Part shown: piece after piece, positions 1-10,850 of the stretch
Position numbering within the stretch: position 1 is the first letter of the stretch
Layout of the letters: every line of letters starts with the position of its first letter
DNA from: Nemertoderma westbladi
Lineage: Eukaryota; Animalia; Xenacoelomorpha
Direction: 5' to 3'
Assembly: GCA_032718475.1 (NCBI GenBank)
Contig: JAUCBJ010000687.1
Location: 1-33,145, forward strand
Length of the DNA: 33,145 nt
Position numbers and translations under genes: made by a program
Notes under the pieces: generated by a model
What the model was told of the DNA's origin: nothing
Seen by the model: only the letters and a program-made list of their open reading frames with translations
The model's database searches: none

Positions 1-46
1 ATTATTCTTTGAAGTCGCCGCACTGGTATACGACTAGGCTGTTGAG

Positions 47-3000
47 ATGTCTCTGTGTCCTAGGGCGCCCGCTTGTTGCGGCTGCCACGCTAAGAAAGGG
101 CGATGCATTCGTTGCGTGTGCGTCAAACAGGGTCGCCCTTGCACGTCATGTGCCCCTTCGATAAACAGTCTGTGCGAAAACGCGTTGGGGTCCGTTAATT
201 CGCAGCCAAACATTTCCTTCGACGACAAAAGCGCCGATCGATGCTCTCCATCAAGGAGTTCGACGCAGCCAATGGTTAACGTGCATTCGGGAGATGGATA
301 TATCCTAGACGAGACTCTTCTAGATTCGGACAGGACGTTAGATGGGTTTGTTAGCGTTGTCACGAGCTCTTCTCCTTCAACTACAATGAGGGCGGTTTCC
401 CATTCTAACTCTTCTTGGATAACATCTCCCACGAAGGTAGGGAGAGATCTGTCCCCAGGCGAGGCACAGGCTCGGGCATTAGCAATAATTGACAGGGCCC
501 GTCGTGGTAGTGAAGCAATAGCTTATCAGTCATCTTCCTTGGGTGAGGGAGTGTCGGAAGCTGGTTCGGTACTTCCAGTTTCTGGCGTCGGTGAGTCGGT
601 CCCTTCGGTATCTGGGATTGGTGAGTCGGTTCCCCTAGTGTCTGGAGTAGGTGAGTCGGTTCCTTCGGTGTCTGGGGTTGGTGAGTCGGTTCCTTCAGTG
701 TCTGGAGTCGGCGAGTCGGTTCCTCGAGTGTCTGGGGGCGGTGAGTCAGTCAGTTCAGTGTCTAGAGTCGGTGAGTCGGTTTCTCAAGTGTATGGAATCG
801 GTGAGTCGGTTCCTCAAGTGCCTGGGGTTGGTGAGTCGGTTCCTCAGCTGTCTGGAGTAGGTGAGTCGGTTCCTTCGGTGTACGGGGTCGGTGAGTCAGT
901 TCCTTCACTGTCTGGAGTAGGTGAGTCGGTTCCTTCGGTGTCCGGAGTTGTGACTGGAGTAGGTGAGTCGGTTCCTTCAGTATCTGGATTCGGTGAATCT
1001 GTCTGTTCAGTGTCTGGAGTCGGTGAGTCGGCTCTTCAAATGTCTCGTGTCGGTGAGTCGGTTCCTCAGGCCTCCGGGGTCGGTGAGTCATTCCGCTCAG
1101 TGTCTGGAGTCGATGAGTCGGTTCCTCCAGTGTCTGGAGTAGGTGAGTCGGTTCCTTCAGTATCTGGATTCGGTGAATCTGTCCGTTCAGTGTCTGGAGT
1201 CGGTGAGTCGGCTCCTCAAATGTCTCGTGTCGGTGAGTCGGTTTCTCAGGGGTCTCGGGTCGGTGAGTCATTCCGCTCAGTGTCTGGAGTCGATGAGTCG
1301 GTTCCTCGAGTTTCTGGAGTCGGTGAGTCAGTTCCTTCGGTGTTAGGGGTTGGTGAGTCTGTCCGTTTAGTCTCTGGAGTCGGTGAGTCGGCCCCTCAAG
1401 TGTCTGGAATCGGCGGGTCGGTTCCTTCATTGTCTGGAGTCGGTGAGTCGGTTCCTCAAGTGTCTAGGGTTGGTGAGTCGGTTCCTGAAGAGTATGGGGT
1501 CGGTGAGTTGGTTCCTTATGTGTCTGGAGTCGGTGAGTCAGTCCCTTCGGTGTCTGGAGTCGGTGGGTCGGCCCCTCGGGTGTCTGGAGTCCGTGGGTCG
1601 GTTCCTTCATTCTCTGGAGTCGGTGATTCGGTCCCTCGAGTGTCTGGGGTTGGTGAGTCGGTTCCTCAAGAGTATGGTGTCGGTGAGTTGGTTCCTTCAG
1701 TGTCTGGAGTCGGTGAGTCAGTCCCTTCAGTATCTGGAGTCGATGAGTCGGCCCCTCAAGTGTCTGGAGTCGGTGGGTCACTTCCCTCGGTGTCTGTTAT
1801 CAGTGTGTCGGTCCCTTCGGTGTCTGTTGGTATTGGTGTGTCGGGCACTCAAGGGTCTGGGGTCGGCTCGTCAGGGCCTCCAATGTCTGGAGCTGGCACG
1901 TGTCCAGTATGTTTGAGGGTCTTTGGAATAAAAGCCAATGGGACTCTGCGCACACATGGCCCACCTGCCAACCGGTGCCTGGGATCTAGTGTCCAGCCAG
2001 ATGCTTCAGCCTCCTTGCAAGGTCCCCCCGTGCCCATATTCCTCTCACAACCTCCACAACATTCATCAATAATAGACCATCCACTACCTTCTGGCTCTCT
2101 CACAAGTCACCACCGGTTAGACCCTCCCTCGACTAATGACTCTTACGTCAGTGACATTTTCTGCGGCAGTTTACTGGACGAAACCGTTATTGCACAGAAC
2201 ATCACTTCCAGTACGACTCTGATTGCCCCATCATCCCCGCCGGAGGTCCCCACCCCGGCACTCCCAGACTTCCACTCATGCACACTCGCGTTTAACTGGA
2301 ACGGTATTCCCGGTGAGGTTTACCTGGGTCGCCTCAAACTAGCATACGACGAGATAGCTCATTGGAACTCCAGTTTGTTCGAGATTCCTCGATCTCAGGC
2401 GGGTAAAGAGTTTATATCGGCGATGACTAAACTGCTAAATGCGTTTGGCGAGGGTTCCAATATGGAGGGCTTGGCGATGTATGCAGTCATGGTAATGCCC
2501 AAATTAATGCTGCAAGCTGCGACGAGACCGGTTGAACCTGGTGGCAGTGTGAGTAAGACTCTGCAGAGGAGGTTGGAACTATGGCGGGAAGGAAACATTG
2601 AGGAACTCTTACTTGAAGGGCGCGCTCTGGTTGCTCGCAGGAAGGGCCTCGGGAATAAAATACACCCGGACCATTCCCGGAAGCGGTTTATTCACGCCAT
2701 GAACAAAGGCCGAGTTGGCGCCGCGGTAGATATCGTTGAAGATGGCACTGGTTCCAGAGTCCTTGGGATCAATGAGGAAATCGGTGGAAAAACGGTAAAA
2801 GATATTCTAATAGAAAAACACCCTGGACCGGGTCCAATAGATCCCTCTTTAATCGAAACCTCCTGGCCAGATTCTGTAGATTTTCATCCCGCGGTCTTTG
2901 ATAGCATCAATAGTGACGCCGTGCTCTCCTGTGTACTCCACTCCCACGGTTCCCCAGGTCCCTCCGGCCTCGATGCAGACGCCTGGCGACGCGCCATGAC

Positions 3001-6000
3001 AGCCTTCGGTAATGTATCCTGCGACCTTAGGAAGGCCGTGGCAGGGGTAGCGAGGCGTTTGGCGACGGAACACATCGACTCCGCGAGTTTACTTCCCTAC
3101 AATGCGAGTCGGTTAGTGCCACTCGATAAACAACCAGGGGTTCGACCAATTGGGGTGGGCGAGGTACTACGGAGGATTATTGGGAAGGTGGTCGGGAGGA
3201 TAGCGAAGTTCGACCTTGGTGACCTGGCGGGTAACACCCAACTGTGTGCGGGGCAAGTCGGTGGTATAGAACACACTGTGCATGCCCTACGGGAACACTT
3301 TGAACAGCCTGAATGCGACGGCCTCCTTTTGATTGACGCAAAGAATGCGTTCAACGCCTTGAATCGCCGTTTAACCCTTCTGAACTGCCAGGTACTTTGT
3401 CCAGTTCTCTTCACCATCCTAACCAATTCCTATCGGGAACCGTCGCCGCTTTTCGTAGGAAATGACGTTATCTGGTCGCAAGAGGGGTCAACCCAAGGGG
3501 ATTCTCTGGCGATGCAGATGTTTGCAGTCAGCACATTGCCAATGGTTAAGAAACTAGAACCTATTCTTATGAATTGCCACACGTATGTGGCTTCCCCCAT
3601 CCAACCTTTGGGTTCCCCCCACCAACCTTCGGGTCCCCCCCTCAAACCGGCGGGTTTCCCCATCCAACCGGCGGTTTCCCCCCTCCAACCTCCGGATTCC
3701 CCCCTCCAACCGGGGGGCTCCCCCCGCCAACCGGTGGGCTCCCCCCTCCAACCAGTGGGCCCCCACCTCCAACCAGTGGGTTCCCCCCTCCAACCTCCGG
3801 ATTCCCCCCTCCAACCGGTGGGCTCCCCCCGCCAACCGGTGGGCTCCCCCCGCCAACCGGTGGGCTCCCCCCGCCAACTGGTGGGCTCCCCCCTCCAACT
3901 GGTGGGCTCCCCCCTCCAACCGGTGGGCCCCCCCCTCCAACCAGTGGGTTCCCCCCTCCAACATTCGGGCTCCCCCCTCAAACCTTCGGGTTCCCCCCTC
4001 CAACCTTCGGATTCCCCCCTCAAACCTTCGGGCTTCCCCCTCGAATGGGCGGTTTCCCCCCTTCAACCATCGGGTTCCCCCCTCCAACCTTTGGGTTCCC
4101 CCCTCCAAACTTCGGGCTCCCCCCTCAAACCTTTGGGTTCCCTCATCAAACCTACGGGTCCCCCGCTCCAACCGGCGGGTTCCACCCTCCAACCTTCGGG
4201 TCCCCACCCCCAACCGGTGGGTTCACCCCTCCAACCATCGGGTTCCCCCCTCCAATCCTCGGGTCCCCCCCTCCAACCATCAGGTCCCCTCCTTCAACTA
4301 TTGGGTTCCCCCCTCCAACATTTGGGTTCCCCCCTCCAACTATCGGGTTCCCCCTTCCAATCTCCGGGTTCCCCCTTCCAACCTTTGGGTTCCCCCCTCC
4401 AACCTTCGGGTTCCCCCCTCCAACAGGTGGGTTCCCCCTTCCAATCGGTGGGTTCCCCCCTCCAACCGGAGGGTTCCCCTCTCCAACCGGTGGTTTCCCC
4501 CCTCCAACTGGCGGGTTCCCCCCTCCAACCAGGGGGTTCCCCCCTCCAACCTTCGGGTTCCCCCCTCCAACCTTCGGGTTCCCCCCTCCAACCGGCGGGT
4601 CCCCCCAACAACCATTGGGTTCCCCCCTCCCAACGGTGGGATCCAAATTCCAACAGGCGGGTTCCCCCCTCCAACAGGCGGGTTGCCCCCTCCAACAGGC
4701 AGGTTCCCCCCTACAACCACAACCGGCGGTTTCCCCCCTACAACCGGCGGTCTCCTCCACCCAACCAGGGGTTTACCCAGACCGAGAGGCGGTTTCATCG
4801 GATCCGATGACCTTTCCGGGTATCCACAAGTGGTATGCGGATGATGGCAGCGCTGCTGGTAACCTCGGAATGCTACGTGACTATTGGGAGGAAGCGGCTA
4901 CCATCGGGCCTGGCTATGGATATTACCCCACAAAGGCATTTCTTATTGTGAAGAACTCAAAGCGCGAAGAGGCCAACGCGATTTTCTCTGGCCTCCCTGT
5001 TGAAGTGGTCGATGGTCATCGAGTCCTGGGGTCCGTAATAGGGTCCACATCCTACTGTGCTGGGTATCTGGAGAAGCGAGTTGATGTCATCTGTCGCCAA
5101 CTAAAACACCTCAACGATTTCGCAGTGACTGCTCCCCACCCCGCGTACGGATGCCTGGTCCGTGGCTTACAGCCAAAGGTAAACTTCTTGGCTCGCACCA
5201 CACCCGGGTTAGTCGGTCACTTGGATCGAGTTGAGGAAACACTCTCCAGCACAGTCATCCCGACACTCACTGGCAGATACCCACCCGGCCTTTCGGAACG
5301 ACAGCTGCTGGCACTCCCTGTGAGGGAGGGGGGGCTAGCTATAAATCAACCTCAGGATGAGGTGGAAAGCTATGAGAAGTCGTTGCGACTCTGCGAGCCC
5401 CTACGGTGTTCGGACCCAGCCGCTCGTACAACACAGCAGACCATCCTGCGTGAGATCCGCAAGGAGCAGGATGAGGCTGTGAAGACTCGATGTGCGGCGG
5501 TTGATGCTCAACTGTCCGGAGACGCCCTCTACCATCGGACACTGGCGAAGGAGCGTGGAGCGTCAGCATGGCTCTCGGCCCTACCCATTTCCAGATACAA
5601 CTTTTCCCTACACAAATCCGCTTTCCGGGATGCGTTGTGTCTGCGATTTGGGTGGGAGCCCCCGAGGCTGCCCGCCAACTGCTCCTGCGGTGCTGTATTC
5701 ACCATCTCCCACTCCCTTCACTGCCCTATGGGAGCCTACCCGATCCTGCGGCACAATGAGGTCCGCGATTTCCTCGCCGAGCTCCTCAGCGAGGTCGCAC
5801 ACGACGTTGAGGTGGAACCCCATCTCCAGCCGATCGAGGGCGAGTCTTTCCGCCTGAGATCTGCTACGGTAGACCCGGAGGCCCGTCTGGACGTTGCGGC
5901 GAGTGGGCTGTGGGGTGGGCGCTTCGAGCGGGTGTATATCGACGTCAAGGTATTCAACCCTCTGTGCTCCTCCAATCCTCGCTCCATGGATGCTGCTTAC

Positions 6001-6360
6001 AGCAAACATGAGCGAGAGAAACGGAGGAAGTACGAGGAGAGAATCAATGACATCGAGCACGCCGGCTTCTCGCCTTTTGTAATTGCTACAACTGGTGGGG
6101 CCAGCCGCTCAGCCCACGCGCTCCTCACACGCATTGCGCTCTTACTGTTGGCGAAACGGGATGCTCCCTACTCGCAGACTCTCTCCCTCATCAGGACTCG
6201 GTTGAGTTTCGCCCTCCTCCGTTCCTCCATCATGTGCCTCCGGGGCGCACGGAAGCCGAAGGCTAGGCTGGCAACGAGACAGACGATGCGGGAGACCGGC
6301 GTGAGCGCGGCTGTAGCCGAGGCTGGGATTGCATTAAATAGTTTCAACAATAATTATTAA
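47..6360 (+). CDS. Retrotransposon polyprotein (~2100 aa when joined): CXC-like Cys cluster, decamer repeats, C2HC finger, RT with heptad insertion, CCHC, RLE; one 1-nt frameshift near 4598-4606
   Basis: ORF 47..4810 supplies the N-terminus through RT motif B'. ORF 3574..6360 supplies YADD through the RLE. The GSPLQP register switches frame at ggt-cccccc-aacaacca (4598-4614), where one base is missing relative to the repeat. Confidence 0.85.
587..1890 (+). repeat. Coding 30-bp minisatellite, ~43 units, encoding VGESVPSVSG
   Basis: Consensus gtcggtgagtcggttccttcagtgtctgga. 180-bp (6-unit) higher-order duplications at 961/1141 and 1381/1561/1741. Confidence 0.95.
3590..4770 (+). repeat. Coding 21-bp minisatellite, ~56 units, encoding GSPLQP(S/V/A/L), inside the RT domain
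   Basis: Consensus ggttcccccctccaaccttcg. I count 48 heptads before the frameshift and ~8 after. Confidence 0.95.
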
Positions 6361-6434
6361 TTACCTACAATTTGTTGACATTAATTAATTCATTATGCTG
6401 CTTGTTTGTTAATGTTTATTTTATTTGTAATTGA

Positions 6435-6452
6435 AATAAAGAAATTGTTCTC

Positions 6453-6495
<43 letters not shown>
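6435..6495 (+). terminator. Polyadenylation signal and poly(A) tail of the CRE element
   Basis: AATAAA at 6435-6440; run of 40 A at 6456-6495. Confidence 0.85.
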
Positions 6496-6497
<2 letters not shown>

Positions 6498-6722
6498 ATA
6501 TATCGCAATAGATAAATAATGAGATAAACAACTCCAACAGCTCGAAAAAATACTTTTCCCAATTCCGAGGTACAATAAAACAAGTAGGGGTGGAGTGCAT
6601 AGTACAAATGTGAAGATGCTTTCCTAGATGCTAAAGATTGTATTCTATTAATAACACCTATGTTCTTACAAATTTTGTTTTTATTTTATATATGTGGTGT
6701 TTCCAATATAACTTTTCATCAC
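6496..6722 (-). pseudogene. Probable continuation of the Cys-loop channel gene (post-Cys-loop and beta10-M1-like segment), cut by the CRE insertion
   Basis: Open minus frame 6685-6496 reads ..SLASRKASSHLYYALHPYLFYCTSELGKVFFRAVGVVYLIIYLLRYI, with the R-x11-P spacing of pLGIC pre-M1/M1 followed by a hydrophobic stretch. It abuts the LBD exon once the nested TEs are removed. Confidence 0.4.
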
Positions 6723-7538
6723 TAGGGTTGGTGCGTGAAAAATTGTTGGGCTAGAAACAATCGAATAAGGGGTAACAAGGTGCCCTGAATCGAGTAGCGG
6801 GGTGTGTATTTTGTAAAAACCCGAGGAAACGGTCGAAATGGCGGGTTTAAAAGTAAGCCTGGGAGGCCAATTTTGAAAATCGGCTGTGATTGGCTGCAAC
6901 ATATTAGATGTCATTACACAGTGCTCTGATAATTTTTGATATTGGTTTCTATGGAGAGAGATATTCGATCAATTCAAATACACATTAAATCTTAATCATT
7001 TCACACCTGGCTGAAAGTGGAGAGTCTTCTGTGTCTTTTGACACTACAATTAATTAAATTCATGATGAGGAACATTGATAAATTATATGTATTCAGCCGT
7101 ATTTCCAGCAGCAATACCGGTACTGCATTCCAATCTGTATTGATTACAGTAGATTCGATTTAAAATAATAACACTAAACTTGTAATACCGATCAGCATGT
7201 ACTATATATAATACAGTAATAATTGGCAGTAGGCTACTTGAATATTAAAAATGTTAACCAGTCACCAGTAAACCCTACTTAATGAAGTAAATCTGCAATA
7301 CTCAGATACTGCAATATGTTGAGTGCTTACATACCTGTCCGGCAATCTTCCGAGTTTGTAATTTTGACCAGCATTTTATCAATCTTCCCTTTTATCAATT
7401 TCATTAATTGTAGTGTCAAAAGAAGCTAAAGATAAAAATTATCAGAGCACCAGTCATGTCAAATATGTAGCAGCCAATCACAGACGATTTTCAAAACTGG
7501 CTTCCTGTGCTTACTTAAATCCGCCATTTCGACCCTTT

Positions 7539-7607
7539 CATGACCTACTATAATACAACCTGGTATGCTGCAGCAGCCCACTAAATTTAGTGGGCCTACT
7601 TGATTCT
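7539..7607 (+). repeat. Left TIR of the P-like element
   Basis: catgacctactataatacaacctggtatgctgcagcagcccactaaatttagtgggcctacttgattct; 2 mismatches to the reverse complement of 10683-10751. Confidence 0.95.
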
Positions 7608-8094
7608 CTTTATAAAAAATGGTTGTTTCTTAATTACTTCCTACAAGAAGCTTCTAATAACTTAGTTAAATAAAAGAAATTAATTAAAGAGAAATCAGGA
7701 GTTCTCTACGCTGTCGCTTGTCTGTCCTTTATTATGTTTTATCCTACAACTGTACTGTCACTCACTGTTAGTCAGTTAGTTCAGTAGTTACCGGTATCTG
7801 ATAGCCTCGGTCCTGTAGTCTATTATGTATTACTGTATTATTTCTGTGTAGTGTTATTATTGCATAATTTGCAATAATATGCTGTATTCTGGGATTGGCC
7901 ATACAGCAATAATACTGTAATACTGTAATAGAGTTGCTGCACTCGGCCTGTCGACGCAGCCGGTGGCCGGCGTAGAAATATTTTTATTACTGTATTAGGG
8001 CCTATCTGCCTATTGTATTATTACTGTATTATCGGTAGGCCTAATTATTAATACTTTTTTTACACCTGGCAGCCTGGCTGAGTATTTCACAGAG

Positions 8095-8216
8095 CCGGCG
8101 CAGGATTTTGTGCACCGGGCCACCCCCACCTGGCGTGGCTTCGCACTGATCCGGCGCAAGATTTTTTGCACCAGGCGGCGCAAGATTTTTTGCACCAGGC
8201 GCCGCGTTCGGCGCAG
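8095..8216 (+). repeat. Short GC-rich 24-bp direct repeats upstream of the transposase
   Basis: cggcgcaagattttttgcaccagg twice in tandem (~8152-8199), plus a diverged copy near 8096. Confidence 0.7.
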
Positions 8217-8441
8217 GAAATAAAACTTTTCAACAGGGCCCGTAACGCCGTACCTACCTGCCTAGCCTACTATATCTACAGACCAGTTTGGCATCAGTTG
8301 GACGACATATACACTCCGTCCACTGTCAGTCCGTCCGTTTTTGCCTCTTTGTTATAGGCTAGGCTTCTATTAGGCCTACCTGATTACACTACCAACTACC
8401 AGTAGGCTAAATTTATATTGCTGTATTTAACTAAATATATA

Positions 8442-9895
8442 ATGGTTGGAAAGTGTTGCGTAGTTGGGTGTAGGTCGGGATATTCGTCAGAAGCTTCGCC
8501 AGGAACTGGAACTCCCTCAACGTTTAGTTTCCCGAAACAACCCGATGTGCGGTGCCGGTGGATCCAGTTTATGTCGAATAGAGCCAGTACAACGACATCG
8601 TCTGTCACAGTGACATCGCCATGGGCCCCATCTGATCACTCCAAGGTGTGTATTTTACATTTTGAGGATCAATGGATCAACAGGAATGCCCAACGTTTAA
8701 CGCTAAAATCCGGTGCGTTTCCTTCGATGTACCCGGCCTGTAACCCTGTATCCTCTATAAAACAAGTAACTCTTGAAAACCCTTGAAACGAGTGTATCAG
8801 CGGGATGAGATGGAAGAGTTCAGTAAGAGAACTCGAGTTTTGTCTCTTACTGATATCCGGTTGTATTTAGAGGCGTCGATTGAGTTTGAGGAGTACGAGG
8901 TAAAAGTGAATGAGAATTCCGTGTCGATCTTTAGGTTGATCTTTAGTTTAGGCATTCCTTCAGTACACGAATGTCTCACTATTGATGACGACCTTCATGT
9001 TCACCGTTCCTATGAGGGTGTCCCTCTTCCACTACCATCATGGTTGCGAGCAACTCATAACTGTATAATAACATCAACAACTGTTATTTCCGAACTACTC
9101 AATTACTGCCGGACTAATAAGGATGAATCTGACTCAGTTATTCGGAGTCTGTTGGCCTTAAAGTTGTCCAAACCTAAAGGTCGCCCAAAGTACACGGCTG
9201 AGCAGATCAGATTCGCATTGCTACTCCGGTACACCTCGGTTAATGCGTATAAGATACTCGCAACTCAAGTCCCTCTTCCTTCGCTGAGACTTCTCCGAAG
9301 TATTACATCTCGAAACGTAGACTCGATGGCTGCATTAACTGCTCTCAGAACCTCGGGAAAGATCTCTAACGATGTTGTGTTGATCGTGGATGAGATTATA
9401 TTGCAACAGCAGGAAATGTATAGCGACGGACATTTATACGGGAAAGATTCTGATTCGGACAAACTTTACACTGGACTTATGTGTTATATGGTGTCGTCAA
9501 TGAAATAGTCGATCCCAGTTATTATTCACGCTGTTCCGGTGGTTACTGCCAATAAAGAGGTTATTAAGACGGGGATTGAGACATGTAGAAAGTTAATATC
9601 ACAAACTAAATTTAACTTGCTTGCTGTTATTGGTGATAATGCGCCTGTTAATGTTGCTGCTTATAGCAAACTGTCAGAATCTATGGACATAAATGCGCCT
9701 CACTTAATGTATGACCCGGTTCATATTCTTAAGAATATTCGAAACAACCTTGCTTCAATGGGATGGTTTAAGATCAATAAGTCATTTAAATACTCTCTTA
9801 ATAGCACGGTATATACTGTTCCTCCCGGTGTTATTAAATGGCAACATTTAATGGCAAACAAGGTCGAGGAACGGGACAGTTGCACTCGTGTTTAA
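8442..9895 (+). pseudogene. THAP-domain P-element (THAP9-like) transposase pseudogene
   Basis: THAP motifs: KCCVVGC..FSFPK..W..VCILHF..LKSGAFPS. Transposase motifs: AYKIL..PLPS, LIVDE, IGDNAPVN, YDPVHILKNIRNN. Frameshift near 8783, in-frame TAG at 9506-9508, and the C-terminal half including the catalytic E is missing. Confidence 0.9.
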
Positions 9896-9925
9896 ATCTC
9901 GGACAGACGTGACTGAAAAAAAAAG

Positions 9926-10196
9926 TCTTTAAAACTGAGATAATTCTCTACAGGGGGGTCACACGTTGAGTCCGAGCCCAGAGAGACTCTTTAAACTGAG
10001 ATATTTCTCTACAGGGGGGGGGGGGGGGGTCACACGTTGAGTCCGAGCCCAGAGAGACTCTTTAAAACTAAGATAATTCTCTACAGGGGGGTCACACGTT
10101 GAGTCCGAGCCCAGAGAGACTCTTTAAAACTGAGATATTTCTCTACAGGGGGGGGGGGGAGGGGGGGGGGGTTATTTCTCTACAGGGGAGTCACAC
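9926..10196 (+). repeat. ~62-bp tandem repeat (3-4 copies) with variable poly-G, inside the P-like element
   Basis: tctttaaaactgagataattctctaca(g)ntcacacgttgagtccgagcccagagagac. Confidence 0.85.
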
Positions 10197-10682
10197 AATT
10201 AATTTTCTGGTTTACGTTTAATTTTCAGGATTGTTACTCTATCTATTTAATTAATAAAGAGCCCTTATCAGGGCCATTGATGTGTTTTCACACTGGGGAA
10301 TATTGGGTTGGCAATCCTAATAAAATAATAAAGTAATAAGTTAACATAAAATATAAAGAACGTTATAATAATATTAAGTAGACAATAATAATATAAAGTA
10401 ATAAGTTAACATAAAATATATAAAGAACGTAATAATAATATAATGTAATAAGTCAAAATAAAATATATAAAGAATGTAATAATATTAATATAATTCACCT
10501 CCTTTTCTTTACATTTTCACTTTTTATATTTTGCTTAGGTTAACACGTTTTTTAGATTTTTTGTTTGCAATCTGAGCTGTGCTACTTGTTTTTTTTATTA
10601 ATTAACAAGTTTATGAATATCACCAATTTATAAAAAAACACATGGGGAGTATAATTTACAAAATTATAATCGATTTACAAGT

Positions 10683-10751
10683 AGAAGCAAGTAGGCCCAC
10701 TAAATTTAGTGGGCTGCTGCAGCATACCAGGTCGTATTATAGTAGGTCATG
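10683..10751 (-). repeat. Right TIR of the P-like element
   Basis: Reverse complement of 7539-7607. Confidence 0.95.
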
Positions 10752-10850
10752 ACCCTTTCCTCATGTTTTTACAAAAAATACACCCCCCCACGGGATTCAA
10801 GCCTTCTTACCCAATATGCATTTGTTTCTAGCACAACAATTTTTTCGCAC

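Larger units (their letters stand above)
1..6495 (+). mobile_element. CRE-clade (RLE-type) non-LTR retrotransposon, near full length; 5' end may lie upstream of the window
   Basis: One long coding region with RT motifs (PLDKQPGVRPIGVGE, LLIDAKNAFN, QGDSLA, WYADD), a CCHC finger (CSCG..HSLHC), RHNEVRD and a PD-(D/E)xK-like endonuclease (RLDV..IDVKV..KRRKY). Short 3' UTR, AATAAA and A40 tail. No APE domain. No TSD visible. Confidence 0.9.
7539..10751 (+). mobile_element. P-superfamily (THAP) DNA transposon, defective
   Basis: ~69-bp TIRs with CATG termini. 7-bp TSD ACCCTTT at 7532-7538 and 10752-10758. Internal THAP plus P-type transposase remnants. Confidence 0.92.

Noticed and set aside
4595-4610. 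Canonical programmed -1 frameshift site
   Set aside because: No A/U-type X XXY YYZ slippery heptamer in the ORF1 frame. A deletion or homopolymer error is simpler.
3583-4780. Heptad array as a spliceosomal intron (GTATGT at 3583 to cccag at 4780)
   Set aside because: The donor is phase 2, and none of the AG acceptors I checked (4656, 4677, 4698, 4702, 4768, 4780, 4786, 4788, 4830) restores the YADD frame. An intron would also be lost on retrotransposition.
651-4844. Many overlapping ORFs on both strands in the two arrays
   Set aside because: Shadow frames of stop-poor tandem repeats.
6393-6575. Poly-Phe ORF
   Set aside because: Antisense reading of the poly(A) tail.
6715-6724. TSD and superfamily of the foldback element (tcatcact versus ttattact; hAT-like TAGGG end)
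   Set aside because: Only a 6/8 match and off by one base relative to the termini, so it is left unclassified.
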